A stretch of 64,000 nt of DNA from Bacteroidota bacterium (GCA_019638695.1 JAHBTG010000004.1:3233-67232), one strand, 5' to 3'; positions 1-10,359 are shown, counted from the first letter of the stretch. The notes: generated by a model from the sequence alone, not told the origin. Made by a program: numbers and translations.

Positions 1-354
1 GGCGATGCCGCGCAGTGCCTGCCGCTGATATACACCTGTGTTGCCCGTCAGCCCCGCATTAACTTACGGGTCATCCTGCGGGATGAATACCCCGAGGCCA
101 TGGACCACTTTGCCAACGGAGGCAGCCGGGCCATCCCCATCCTGGCCTGTATCCGCCAGCAGGACATGAAACTCCTGGGACACTGGGGACCACGGCCCCA
201 ACCCGCACAAGCCATTGTAACGGCCCACAAAGCCAACCCCACAAAACCGGATGCCGAGATGTACGAAGACCTGCACCGCTGGTATGCCCGGGATAAAACC
301 GTCACCCAGCAGCAGGAATTTGCCGCACTTATCCGCCACTGGTCCCAGGCCTGA
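1..354 (+). CDS. thioredoxin-fold family protein, C-terminal part (5' end outside the window)
   Basis: Frame 1 is open from nt 1 to the TGA at 352-354. The translation GDAAQCLPLIY...ILRDEYPEAMDHFANGGSRAIPIL...WGPRP fits my memory of the Bacteroidota 'thioredoxin family protein' pattern (WCGDxxxxxP ... RDENPxLMDxYLTNGxRxIP). Track ORF 100..354 is only its internal-Met tail. Confidence 0.6.
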   Translation, partial: GDAAQCLPLIYTCVARQPRINLRVILRDEYPEAMDHFANGGSRAIPILACIRQQDMKLLGHWGPRPQPAQAIVTAHKANPTKPDAEMYEDLHRWYARDKTVTQQQEFAALIRHWSQA

Positions 355-356
355 AC

Positions 357-2066
357 ATGCTCACCCGGCTGCACATACAGAACTATGCACTCATAGATGA
401 GCTGGAGCTAACGCCCGGCACGGGGCTAAACCTCATTACCGGGGAAACCGGCGCAGGCAAGTCCATTATGCTGGGTGCCATTGGGCTCATCCTGGGCAAC
501 CGCGCCGAGCCCGCCATGATCCTGGATGCGTCTCGCAAATGCGTGGTAGAAGCAGAGTTTCAGTTACAAGCCCATAGTGAAATAGCTACGTTGTTGCAGG
601 CCGAAGAACTGACAGATGAAGACACCCCGCAAACACTTATCCTCCGCCGGGAACTTAGCCCCCAGGGCAAAAGCAGAGCTTTTGTCAACGACATCCCCGC
701 CACACTACCTATCCTGCGAGAGCTCACCTCCCGCCTGGTAGACCTGCACAGCCAGCGAGACGGGCAACGCCTGCTGGAGGCAACAGAACAACTGGCCATA
801 TTGGACCAATATGCAGGTTGCAGCCACCAAACCCGCGCTTTCGGGCAGCAATTGGAAAGCATTCGCCAGCAGGAAAAAACACTACGCGAACTGGAAGCGC
901 ATAGCCACACCCAGGCACAAGAAACAGATTACCGGCAACACCAGTTAGCAGAGCTGGAGGCAGCCAGTCTGCATCCCGAAGAAGACAATCAGGTGGAACA
1001 AGAACTTTCCATACTGCAACACGCAGCCGGTCTTACCCAAACGGTGACGGAGGCCGTTCATATATTGGATGAACAGGAAAACTGGGCAGCCAGCTTGCAA
1101 CTATCCCAGCAGTTGAAACAACTGGAACGTGCCCAAAGCCTGATGCCGGCGCTGGAACCGGAAGTGAATAAACTACGCGAAGCACATATCTTGCTGACGG
1201 AGACGGTCACCGGCCTGCGTGCCCAGCTGGACGCACTGGAAATGAACCCGGCGCGCCTGGCTCAGCTGGAAGAAAAGCAGGACCTCTATAACCGGCTCAA
1301 ACTCAAATACAAATGCCGCACTGCGGCAGAGCTCATCCGGCTGCGGGATGAGCTGGCCCTGCAACTGGAAGGTACTGAGGGCCTGAGCGCCCGTATTGCA
1401 GCAGTGCAGGAAGAGTTAGCTCAGGCATACCTCCAGTTGGGCATACTGGCCCAGGCGCTAGAAGAGCAACGGCAAAAAGCCGCACAGGAGCTAGCCGGCC
1501 AGGTAAACGAAGTATTAGCGGCTGTGGCGCTCCCCCAGGCAACATTCACTGTAGATATTCAACGCCTGTCTCAGCCAGACAGCCCTTTGAGCTTACCCGG
1601 CGGCAGTCCGGTGCGGGCAACCCCCACCGGTATTCATAGCGTTACCTTCATGGTACGGCTAAACCCGGGCACACCGTCTGCCCCGCTTAGCCAGGTAGCC
1701 TCCGGGGGAGAAGTCAGCCGCCTATTGCTGGCCGTCAAACAGGCATTGGCCGGCAGGCTGTTGTTGCCCCTGCTGATCTTCGATGAGATCGATACTGGCA
1801 TTTCCGGCGAAACGGCATTGCGGGTAGCCCGGGTAATGAGCGAACTGGCCAAGGACCATCAGCTGATAGCCATCACGCACCTGCCCCAGATAGCGGCACG
1901 CCCGGGCAAACATTACTATATCTATAAGGAGACCACCGGAAATACCACGCACACCCACCTGCGGGTGCTGGCCCCTGAGGAACGCATACAGGAGCTAGCC
2001 CGCATGCTGGCAGGGGATCATCCCACCCCTGCGGCCCTGGCGGCTGCACAGGAACTTATGAGTTAA
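357..2066 (+). CDS. recN: DNA repair protein RecN
   Basis: 569-aa ORF. The N-terminus LHIQNYALIDELELTPGTGLNLITGETGAGKSIMLGA carries an SMC-type Walker A. There is a long coiled-coil middle, a C-terminal signature ASGGEVSRLLLAVK and a Walker B LLIFDEIDTGISG. The ATG at 357 lies 2 nt after the upstream stop. Confidence 0.95.
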   Translation: MLTRLHIQNYALIDELELTPGTGLNLITGETGAGKSIMLGAIGLILGNRAEPAMILDASRKCVVEAEFQLQAHSEIATLLQAEELTDEDTPQTLILRRELSPQGKSRAFVNDIPATLPILRELTSRLVDLHSQRDGQRLLEATEQLAILDQYAGCSHQTRAFGQQLESIRQQEKTLRELEAHSHTQAQETDYRQHQLAELEAASLHPEEDNQVEQELSILQHAAGLTQTVTEAVHILDEQENWAASLQLSQQLKQLERAQSLMPALEPEVNKLREAHILLTETVTGLRAQLDALEMNPARLAQLEEKQDLYNRLKLKYKCRTAAELIRLRDELALQLEGTEGLSARIAAVQEELAQAYLQLGILAQALEEQRQKAAQELAGQVNEVLAAVALPQATFTVDIQRLSQPDSPLSLPGGSPVRATPTGIHSVTFMVRLNPGTPSAPLSQVASGGEVSRLLLAVKQALAGRLLLPLLIFDEIDTGISGETALRVARVMSELAKDHQLIAITHLPQIAARPGKHYYIYKETTGNTTHTHLRVLAPEERIQELARMLAGDHPTPAALAAAQELMS

Positions 2067-2073
2067 TTTCCTG

Positions 2074-2081
2074 TATATTTG
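2074..2081 (+). promoter_or_regulatory. candidate Bacteroidota sigma-A -7 box (TATATTTG)
   Basis: Exact match to the TAnnTTTG -7 consensus, 45 nt upstream of the ATG at 2126, in the recN-downstream intergenic gap. Confidence 0.35.
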
Positions 2082-2125
2082 GCACGCCGTTTGAAGGATT
2101 TCTCAACAGCACAACCCCGCTTATC

Positions 2126-3076
2126 ATGAAAAAAATGCAATCATTTACCTTATTGGCTGCACTCCTGCTCGCACTGCCGCTGAGCCTGCAGGCACAGAAA
2201 AAAAGTAAGGGCAAAGCAGAACCCAAAGTGGCCATTGCTTTGCAAACGGGGCAAACCTATACCTACCGCTACACCACAAAAAGTGATGGAGAGCAGAATA
2301 TGATGGGGCTGAATATTACCAACGAGAACCACATAGAGCGCCAGTATACCTATGAAGTACTGTCTGTAGAAGGGGATACCGTGCGCCTGAAAATGACGCT
2401 CGACTATGCCATGAACAGCATGAGCAACAACCAGACCGGCGGGGAGCAGTATGATAGCCGCAAGGCCGGCAGCAAACCCCATGATGCGGCACGGTTCGAT
2501 GCGTGGCTTACAGGCAAAAGCTGGACTGTAGTGCTGGACAAGTATGGCAAAGGCACCCGGTCAGAGGGTTACCAGGCGCTCTATGACAAGATGATCGAAG
2601 AAGTAGCCTTCAAGGGTCCTGCAGCGGCGGTGCTGAAAGGCAGCCTTACAGAAGATTACAAGGACGCCATGGTGCTGAACCTGGCTACAGAAGCCTTTGG
2701 TAGCTATCCGGCAAAGGCTACCGCCAAAGGGGCAAACTGGAAGGATAAGCCGCAGGACGATTTTATAGGGGAACGCACCTTTTCGGTCACAGAAATGAAC
2801 AATGAGGTGACAGAAGTGGTCATGAATCGCAAGATCATCCCCAATCCCAAGGCGAAGCCAGTACGTAAGCCCAACGGCATTACGGTAGTCAATAAAATGG
2901 GAGGAGACCAAAACCTGGTTACCCGCCACGACCCGGCAACCAAAGCCTTAATGAAGCGTGAGCTGAAACAGAACCTGAGCGGTACCCTGGTACTCTCCGG
3001 CGGGCCGCTGGGTGATAACCCGACCAACGTAGAAGGCAAACAAAACAGCCAGAGCATTATAGAACAAGTGAAATAA
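2126..3076 (+). CDS. hypothetical secreted protein / lipoprotein candidate
   Basis: 316-aa ORF with signal peptide MKKMQSFTLLAALLLALPLSLQA. I recognise no family. The antisense ORFs in the track look spurious. Confidence 0.75.
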   Translation: MKKMQSFTLLAALLLALPLSLQAQKKSKGKAEPKVAIALQTGQTYTYRYTTKSDGEQNMMGLNITNENHIERQYTYEVLSVEGDTVRLKMTLDYAMNSMSNNQTGGEQYDSRKAGSKPHDAARFDAWLTGKSWTVVLDKYGKGTRSEGYQALYDKMIEEVAFKGPAAAVLKGSLTEDYKDAMVLNLATEAFGSYPAKATAKGANWKDKPQDDFIGERTFSVTEMNNEVTEVVMNRKIIPNPKAKPVRKPNGITVVNKMGGDQNLVTRHDPATKALMKRELKQNLSGTLVLSGGPLGDNPTNVEGKQNSQSIIEQVK

Positions 3077-3109
3077 CCACCGGTATCCATCTCTTATTTC
3101 TTTGACAAA

Positions 3110-3499
3110 GCCCTCTCTGCACACCGGGCTGCCGCTGCGGGAATAATCCCGGAGAGGAAAGTCCGGACAGCACAGGGCATCCTGCTACCTAACGGGTAGG
3201 GTCTGCAAGCGCGAGTCTGCAGATACGGCAAGTGCAACAGAAAGCATACCGCCTACGTGCCGGGCAACCGGCACCGGTAAGGGTGAAATCGTAGAGTAAG
3301 TGCCTACGGGTATGTGTGGCGACATACATACCGGGTAAACCCCAGGAGCTGAAAGGCCATGTACACCGGCGCCAAGGGCTGCTCGTCCAATGCCGGGGGG
3401 TAGACCGATAGAGCCCTCCCGTGAGGGACGGCCTAGATAAATGGCAGCCATGCTCCCAAAGAGCATACAGAATCCGGCTTACAGGTGTGTAGAGAGGGC
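3110..3499 (+). ncRNA. rnpB: RNase P RNA, bacterial type A
   Basis: The universally conserved P4 strands are present: GAGGAAAGTCCGGAC at about 3151-3165 and ACAGAATCCGGCTTA at about 3468-3482. Typical ACAGAAAGCATACCGCC, GGTAAACCCC and AGATAAATGGC blocks are also present. The P1 stem is formed by 3110-3125 (GCCCTCTCTGCACACC) and 3484-3499 (GGTGTGTAGAGAGGGC). End positions are accurate to a few nt. Confidence 0.9.
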
Positions 3500-4342
3500 C
3501 TTGTTAAAGAAAGTGAGAGAAGCTTGCAACGCCTCCAGGGTTTGTGCAGGAAGCTCCGGCTCCGTCCAGGGATGACGGCCTCCAAAAGTGTGATTGGCAC
3601 CGGGTATTTCCAGGTACTCCGCACGCTGGTTAAAAAGATGCAAGGCACTGGCCTCGGCCGGGGTTACCGTTGTATCCAACGAGCCATGTATCTGCAGGTA
3701 GGGCACCTGTAAAGCGCGGGCAGCATGCTTAAGATTATAATCGCGCGTGTGGGTTTCCCAGTCTGTGAATATATCTGAGAACAAAGGCATGCGCTGTCCT
3801 GTACGGGTATTCTCTATCCAGGTAACCCCTTGCACTCTCCAGTCTGCCAGTTGCTCCGGAGAGAACCGCAGGAGCGTACCGATGCCTGCCCAGGTGACCA
3901 CAGAAGCTATTTTATCAGAACGGCTAGCTGCCAGCAATGCAGATGCTCCACCACGGCTATGCCCTATAAGATGGACCCTGGAAGGCTGTATATATTGGGT
4001 AATAGGAGTGCCCAGGGTAGTCGCCTGCTGAATAACCGCCAGCAAGTCTTGTAACTCTTTGGTGTAGGTATTGCGGCCAAATGCTTCCAGGTTAGAGAAC
4101 TCAAAGGGAGTCTCTGGCTGGGTACCGTTATGTGAGAAATCGAATCTTAACACGGCAAATCCCTGGCCTGCCCACCAGCGGGCAATATGCGGAAAATGCC
4201 CCCATTCCCTGAAGCCTTTGAACCCATGCACCCAAATGATCAACGGAGTACCGGACAAGGGTATGCGCGGCAAATGCAAGGTAGCTCCCATGCGACCGTT
4301 GGGCCCATGCAGGACAAAATTAATTTCTTGCAAGTCTGCCAT
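3479..4342 (-). CDS. alpha/beta-fold hydrolase
   Basis: GHSRGG nucleophile elbow (GxSxG); HGFKGFREWGHFP oxyanion region; C-terminal HGSLD...NH triad-like residues. I place the start at the ATG at 4342 (MADLQEINF...). The track start at 4405 would run through the intrinsic terminator at 4355-4390. Confidence 0.8.
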   Translation of the reverse strand: MADLQEINFVLHGPNGRMGATLHLPRIPLSGTPLIIWVHGFKGFREWGHFPHIARWWAGQGFAVLRFDFSHNGTQPETPFEFSNLEAFGRNTYTKELQDLLAVIQQATTLGTPITQYIQPSRVHLIGHSRGGASALLAASRSDKIASVVTWAGIGTLLRFSPEQLADWRVQGVTWIENTRTGQRMPLFSDIFTDWETHTRDYNLKHAARALQVPYLQIHGSLDTTVTPAEASALHLFNQRAEYLEIPGANHTFGGRHPWTEPELPAQTLEALQASLTFFNKALSTHL

Positions 4343-4354
4343 AGAACATTGCAA

Positions 4355-4390
4355 AATAAAAAAAGCCCGCCATACAGGCGGGCTTTTTTT
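4355..4390 (-). terminator. intrinsic terminator after the 1863-aa gene (bidirectional shape)
   Basis: GCCCGCC (4365-4371) / ATACA loop / GGCGGGC (4377-4383), flanked by an A-run on one side and a T-run on the other. It lies 18 nt downstream of the stop at 4408. Confidence 0.7.
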
Positions 4391-4407
4391 CGGCAAAGCG
4401 CTCAAAG

Positions 4408-7400
4408 TTATTGCTTAATGAAACGCGTTGTCTTATCATAAGTTCCGGCCTGCATACGGAGCACATACACACCTGCCGGCATATTGGGCAGCAGGACATC
4501 TGCAGTATAGCTACCGGCTTTGAGGGGCTGGTTCTGCAGCAATACCGCTACCTGCTGGCCTTGGGTATTGTATACCGTAAGTGTCACCGGCACATCATCC
4601 GCTATGGCGTAGTTTACACGGGCGGAGGTATTATGCGGGTTTGGATAGGGCGTGCCCAGTGCATACCCCATAGGCAAAGTAACCGAACGCACGCCATGAT
4701 TGTGTACGGCACCGTTGATGTCCTGGCTCAGCAACTGGTAGTAGTATGTCTTGCCGGGCTGAAGGGCATAGCTGTCATAATAGCTGTAGGCAGCAGGCGC
4801 ATTGGTAGTACCTTGTCCTTTCAGAGCAGGCAGGCTGTTATGACTGGCTATCTGCATAAAACCATACGGCTCATCTGCGGCTCTCAGAAGGACAAAGCCT
4901 TCATTATTAATCTCGCCACGGGTATTCCACAACAGCTGGGTACCGCTTCCGGCATATTTGGCCTGGAAATCGAGCGTTTCTACCGGCAGGATATTGTCAA
5001 AGAACACCAGGCCGAAGTCTCCATTACCTAGGGTGAAGAAACCCGGAAGCGTGAGGGCTTCGCCCCCTTGTTCATTACCGTTAAGCTGTGCAGTAGCAGG
5101 GGGACAGTTGACAGTGGAAAAGTCTGCCAGATCTGCCAGTGTTTTGAGATCATGTCCATTGGGATTTGTTCCGGCGTCTTTTACGACACGAACATTCTCA
5201 AAGCTTTCGGTCAGCCCGTCATCATTGTCCCAAACCAGCTTAATGTTACCCTGAGCCAGGTTAGCGGTACCGCCCAGCGCACCATACAGGCGCGCCACAT
5301 TCCAGAAGCGGGGAAGCAGGGCCAGCTTTAACCCGAGTGAGGGAGAAACACAGGGATCCGGCACAGACCTGTCCACCGTATCTATCGGCTGGTTGAACTG
5401 TTCCATGGCAAAGCGGGTGATCGCCGGGCCGTTAGTGGCCAGCTGAATCTCCAGCTCAACAGGCTTTACATATTCCTGGAACTTACCAATGGGGAAGTCA
5501 TAGTTAAAAGGCACATTGGAGATATAAGTACGCGCCAGCGGACCATCTACAAAACTACCGGCAGAAGCATTGGTCCAGCTACCAAAGAGGCCCAGGATAG
5601 CTATATTATTGAACTCCTGGCGAATATAGCCGGGTAATGCACTGAAATAGTAGTTGGTGATCAGGTTACGCTGCCGCAAGTCCAGTACCCCATCAATGAG
5701 CAGGGGATCCAGCAACTGAACATGGTGGGTAGAAGGCGAGAGGTATTTATCCAGCACCATGTTAAAGAACGTCTCGTGCAGATCTGCCCCGGTATAGGTG
5801 ATAAATTGGGTGGACTCTGCAATCTGGGCATAGGACGCAGTACTCGCACCTACGGGCTCACTGTGTGCAGGCAGGTCTACAAAAGCTACCGTACCGTATC
5901 GGCATTCAAATTCGCCGTCGTCATGCCAGTTGAAGGCCACATTGAGGCGGTTGTTATCATTGGAAGCATCCAATATACCGTCGGCCATAATCTCTACGGT
6001 GCGTTCTACGGTGATCTCCGAGTTCAACTCATACACACCTTCCATAATGAGCAGATTACGGAAGGGATAGTTATCGTGCGGCTCATTATAAATAACGTTG
6101 GTACCAATTCCCTGGAAACGCAGGGTTGCAGTGCCGCCACCATTATAGAACTGGCCTTCATTACTAAAGTTACGACGGAAAGTAATGGTTGGGGTGGCCG
6201 AAACAATGTTAAAGGTACCCTTCTGCTTGTTAGTGAACTGACCGCCCACAGTAAGATTGGAATGGACAGCCAACCGAATAGGGTTGCCTGCACCAGGCGA
6301 AATGGTCAGGTCCCGCAGCACAACATCTGCTCCATTGAGGGTAATGTTCATCGTAGGAGCAATACTGCAGCCAGTATGGTCCAGGATCACATCCGCATTC
6401 ACATTAAGGCCCACACCGGGCACACCATTGGGGCACCAGTTATTAGCGCTGTGCCAGCTGACACCGTCGCCACCGCCATCCCAGCGGAACTGGTTGCTGA
6501 TCGACCACGCCACACGATTCACCCCTCCGGTGTCATCGTCAAAATCTTCACCGGCAAATACCCCGCTGGGGTTAACAAAGGTTATGGAAGTAGGTCCTCC
6601 CGTGCTTACCCTGGATACATTAAACGTGCTTGCACCGGAATTGGCGGGGAAACTGGCTTCCGTGATGTTGGTAGTACCCGCCCATGTGTTGGGCAGGCGT
6701 AGCAGGTAAGAACCGGCAGTGGGATCTCCATTGGTAAATATAGAGTTGCTGAAGCAGCCAATACCTGTAGCAGGGTCGACGATCGTGGTCGCATCCCGGC
6801 AGTCGAAGCCATTCACGTCCGCAAGCTCAAAAAGGGCATAACGGGCGCTGATCGTACCATTGATATCTATACCATACCGGCCGATAATACCGTTGCGGGA
6901 TATCTTGGAAGTGCGCGCGCTGGTGCCTATGATATTGATCCTGCCATTTACGATAAACTTGTTATCGGTTTCAGAAGCATAGGTAACCGGGTCGTCTCCG
7001 CCATACACCAGCAGTTCTGCACCACGCACTCCCGTTCCCGGGTTCACGTTCAGGATAGCGCCTGCATCCACAATGAAGCGGTGGGTGCGCATCACGTTGC
7101 CGTTAAGGTTCAGGGTCTTACCGGTGCGGATGCGGCATTGGTTGTAACTATTATCGGTAAACCAGGAGCCCATATCCGGGGTAGTGGTGTTATCGGAGTT
7201 CAGGATATTCAGGTTACCCTCCAGGTTATAAGTGCCCGTACCGGCACCTGCAAACAAGCAGTAGTTAAAAGGCTGGTTGTTGGTGCGGATAGTACGCGTA
7301 GTTCCTGTGGGAGACATGAACATGATACAACTACGTTCCGGCATGATCGTACCGCCATCATTATAGAAATTGCCGGAGAAGAACACGGTGGAGAAGTTCC

Positions 7401-9999
7401 AGATATGAGCTCCGGAAGTGAAGGTAAAATCGCCGTCTACACGCAGGCACAGACCGGTAAATAATTCCATATTACCGGCAGTATTGGTCAGATTACCGCG
7501 CACAGTCAGGTTATTGTTCTGCACAAATACGGTAGAAGACGGTTTATTCACTATCAGGTGATTAAATGCATTGGTCGTATTGGGGTAGTTGGTACCATCC
7601 TGACCGGTGCGGGTACGCAACTGCTGCACGGAGAGGCCATCCAGCGTCACGGTACTCTGATTGGCCGTAAACGTGGCATTGGCAAAGTGCATGAACAGGT
7701 TGCCCCCTACATTCATCGTAGGATGCGGAGCGGTGTTTTGCATGGTGATGGTGCCATCGTTCATGATAAACAAGTCTCCGTCTATATCCAGGTTGCGGTT
7801 GGAGTTCACCTGGAGCCGCCGGTTTCCGGTTCCTTGCGTATAGGTTGACCCTCCCGGATAAATCCCCAGGGAAGTATCCAGGTATTTGGCCGGCAAGGTA
7901 TATTCCAGGTTCTCATACAAAGCGCCCCGGATGTTCACGTTGATGTTCTGGAGCACATTCCCATTGCCGGTTCCACCCAAACTGGGCAGGCGAGAGCCTT
8001 TGGGGATGATGACCGTATAGTTCTCATTGCCTGCGGTTCCGGGTATCGCTGTGGCAGAGATCTCTTTGGTACTCCAGTTGTCTATATTGTTCCAGTTATC
8101 ATTATTCCCCCTGCCTATCCAGATGGCCACGGGCCGGCCTTCGAATACGATATGGTCGTTAACAAGGGGAATACGGCTGGCATTGTCCCGGTAGATAAAG
8201 TTGGGAGTGACGAACTCACGATAATCCCGTAGCCCCGTATCATACCCTTCGCCAAATATTTCACCACCGATCAGGCCGGAGCTATTGACCAGGCGAAGCG
8301 TGGTGCTGGCATTATTGGAACACGCATTGGTAGGAGAAGACGTACCGCCATTACAAAGCGTGGTGGCACCGGTGCCCCCGGCAGGAATGCCAAACTCATT
8401 ATTCAATACCGAAGCCTGGTTGGCGCCGTTGAATACCACATTCTCTATCACATGGGTGCCGGCCACATTAAGGGTAAGGGCGGTATACCCACTACCCCCG
8501 GCAGAGAATGCACAGTCAGAGAAATTATTGCCCACACCATCCGGGTCCAGCACCGCGCCGGCAAATACTTTCATACCCCCTTGTGAGGTATAACAAGGGC
8601 TGGTGTTATTGGTACAGTCACAGGCAGAGCCCAGCAGCCCGTCGTTATTAAAGCCGGTATTGGAAGTACCCTGGAAGTTGAAATCTACATACCGCATAGA
8701 CACGCGCCCGGTATTATACACTGCCGTGCGGTAGTACTGGCCAGGGGTAGCCGCATCACGCGTGATAGTGATACGCTGAGCGGCAGAACCTACCATTTTA
8801 AGATGGCCGCCGGCAAATACCCGCAGAAAGGTGCCGTCTCCGGAACTGGTCATCATCTGCAGCACACTGCCGTCATTGGCATGCAGCGTACCATTGTCGC
8901 GAATGTCCAGTGTATTGCCGTTATTTTCCCCATAGAGCAGGTTCTTGCTATTGAGCAGCCATATGCCCGAACGGATCTGGGCATTGCCATACAGGCGCAC
9001 ATTGGTCAGCATCGCCACACGCTTGGTGGGATCCGGCTTATCCACGATCACACGGGGCAGCCATATGCCGGAGCCCTGGTTAGCCACGTCTGCAGCATTC
9101 GTCAGGGGGTACTGGCCCAGTACGGTTTGGTCCTTGACACCGTTAAAGACCAGCAAAGGGCGGTTCCCGCTGGTGCCCATGCGCACCACGCTGCCAATGA
9201 AGAAACCGCGGACATTGGTGGGAGGGAAAGGCGCAGTATTATCGGCCAGGTTACCCCCCAGGTTCACACGTATACGCTGGGGAAGCACGGCGCCGCAGCC
9301 CAGGTTGTTATCTATGAAACCGCTCAGGTCCAGGCACCCACCGTTGTTAATGGTGATATTACCCGTCACCGCAAGCTCGGGGTTATTATCTGCGCCATCC
9401 ACATCTGCCAATGCCAAGACGCCTTTATCTATAGTAAGGTTATTGGTAATGACAATAGGAGTACCCACCGTACCGTTGAGACAACGGGGCTGGTTATAAA
9501 CACGGGCCGAGGCAGATTTATTAATGGTAACGTCAAATAACGTAATAGGGTTGATAATGGCCGAGTTCCCGGGCCCAAAGAACACTACCCGGCTACCCGG
9601 CTGGGAGAAAATATTTCCGTTGGAAAGAGAGTTGTCCAGGTTACCGGCTATCTGCAGGCGGGCATTGGAGAGCAGACGCACGTCTCCTGCGTCTCCCAGC
9701 TGCAAATTACCGTAGATAGAAAGCTGCTGGCCGATGTTGACCACCAGCTCATCAAACTCAATGTAAAAGTTCAGGCAGGTAGCATCTACAATGTCTACAT
9801 AAGGACGCCGGGTAGAAGGGCCCAAGATTTCCACATTGTCTGTGGGACCAGGCAAAACCGCCGGGACCAGGCTTGCCACCTCCCAGTTATTCAGATTACT
9901 CCAAAGGCTGTCCTCAGCACCTGTCCACAAATAATCCGCAGCCTGAGAAGACACGGGCAAGAGGCAGAGCAAGAAGAATAGTAGATGTAAGCGACGCAT
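4408..9999 (-). CDS. giant secreted surface protein (1863 aa) with T9SS type A C-terminal sorting domain
   Basis: Signal peptide MRRLHLLFFLLCLLPVSSQA. The body is N/G/T-rich with beta-helix-like repeats. There are three WxGxxxxxWxxxxNW modules. The C-terminus YPNPHNTSARVNYAIADDVPVTLTVYNTQGQQVAVLL...GVYVLRMQAGTYDKTTRFIKQ matches the Por/T9SS type A CTD pattern. ATG at 9999 verified. Confidence 0.9.
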   Translation of the reverse strand: MRRLHLLFFLLCLLPVSSQAADYLWTGAEDSLWSNLNNWEVASLVPAVLPGPTDNVEILGPSTRRPYVDIVDATCLNFYIEFDELVVNIGQQLSIYGNLQLGDAGDVRLLSNARLQIAGNLDNSLSNGNIFSQPGSRVVFFGPGNSAIINPITLFDVTINKSASARVYNQPRCLNGTVGTPIVITNNLTIDKGVLALADVDGADNNPELAVTGNITINNGGCLDLSGFIDNNLGCGAVLPQRIRVNLGGNLADNTAPFPPTNVRGFFIGSVVRMGTSGNRPLLVFNGVKDQTVLGQYPLTNAADVANQGSGIWLPRVIVDKPDPTKRVAMLTNVRLYGNAQIRSGIWLLNSKNLLYGENNGNTLDIRDNGTLHANDGSVLQMMTSSGDGTFLRVFAGGHLKMVGSAAQRITITRDAATPGQYYRTAVYNTGRVSMRYVDFNFQGTSNTGFNNDGLLGSACDCTNNTSPCYTSQGGMKVFAGAVLDPDGVGNNFSDCAFSAGGSGYTALTLNVAGTHVIENVVFNGANQASVLNNEFGIPAGGTGATTLCNGGTSSPTNACSNNASTTLRLVNSSGLIGGEIFGEGYDTGLRDYREFVTPNFIYRDNASRIPLVNDHIVFEGRPVAIWIGRGNNDNWNNIDNWSTKEISATAIPGTAGNENYTVIIPKGSRLPSLGGTGNGNVLQNINVNIRGALYENLEYTLPAKYLDTSLGIYPGGSTYTQGTGNRRLQVNSNRNLDIDGDLFIMNDGTITMQNTAPHPTMNVGGNLFMHFANATFTANQSTVTLDGLSVQQLRTRTGQDGTNYPNTTNAFNHLIVNKPSSTVFVQNNNLTVRGNLTNTAGNMELFTGLCLRVDGDFTFTSGAHIWNFSTVFFSGNFYNDGGTIMPERSCIMFMSPTGTTRTIRTNNQPFNYCLFAGAGTGTYNLEGNLNILNSDNTTTPDMGSWFTDNSYNQCRIRTGKTLNLNGNVMRTHRFIVDAGAILNVNPGTGVRGAELLVYGGDDPVTYASETDNKFIVNGRINIIGTSARTSKISRNGIIGRYGIDINGTISARYALFELADVNGFDCRDATTIVDPATGIGCFSNSIFTNGDPTAGSYLLRLPNTWAGTTNITEASFPANSGASTFNVSRVSTGGPTSITFVNPSGVFAGEDFDDDTGGVNRVAWSISNQFRWDGGGDGVSWHSANNWCPNGVPGVGLNVNADVILDHTGCSIAPTMNITLNGADVVLRDLTISPGAGNPIRLAVHSNLTVGGQFTNKQKGTFNIVSATPTITFRRNFSNEGQFYNGGGTATLRFQGIGTNVIYNEPHDNYPFRNLLIMEGVYELNSEITVERTVEIMADGILDASNDNNRLNVAFNWHDDGEFECRYGTVAFVDLPAHSEPVGASTASYAQIAESTQFITYTGADLHETFFNMVLDKYLSPSTHHVQLLDPLLIDGVLDLRQRNLITNYYFSALPGYIRQEFNNIAILGLFGSWTNASAGSFVDGPLARTYISNVPFNYDFPIGKFQEYVKPVELEIQLATNGPAITRFAMEQFNQPIDTVDRSVPDPCVSPSLGLKLALLPRFWNVARLYGALGGTANLAQGNIKLVWDNDDGLTESFENVRVVKDAGTNPNGHDLKTLADLADFSTVNCPPATAQLNGNEQGGEALTLPGFFTLGNGDFGLVFFDNILPVETLDFQAKYAGSGTQLLWNTRGEINNEGFVLLRAADEPYGFMQIASHNSLPALKGQGTTNAPAAYSYYDSYALQPGKTYYYQLLSQDINGAVHNHGVRSVTLPMGYALGTPYPNPHNTSARVNYAIADDVPVTLTVYNTQGQQVAVLLQNQPLKAGSYTADVLLPNMPAGVYVLRMQAGTYDKTTRFIKQ

Positions 10000-10359
10000 A
10001 GGCCTTATATATTGACTGGTTAGTGATTTCTCCGAACAACGTTAAGTGCGCAGCGAAACCTTCCCTCGTGTACGCAACATCGGCAGATAGGTTTTCGTGC
10101 AGCTACGATTTTCTAGTAGTATTATTTCTCAATTAACGACAGTTGCGGTAAAAATACAAATTGAAGATATACGATACAACAAGCTTACACAGGATTATCG
10201 GTCATTGGGACAAGAAAGCATGCAGCCCAAAAAACAATTCACACCAAATTAAACCACTGATAGTAAATTGAATAAGTAGTTGTGCACAAATACCCGGCTT
10301 AAATGCGGCACATTACGTATCTTAATGAGCCAATACAAATACAGGTGCTTAGGAATACT

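Noticed and set aside
3185-3712. ORFs 3185..3466(-), 3433..3648(-) and 3485..3712(+) around the RNase P RNA and the hydrolase 3' end.
   Set aside because: The region 3110-3499 is accounted for by rnpB, with conserved P4 strands and P1 pairing. The rest is antisense to the hydrolase.
5722-9540. Plus-strand ORFs of 150-326 aa (5722..6702, 6257..6709, 8803..9540, 8945..9499) inside the 1863-aa minus-strand gene.
   Set aside because: Same reasoning. They are antisense to a well-supported CDS, with low-complexity R/G/H/T-rich translations and no signal or domain features.
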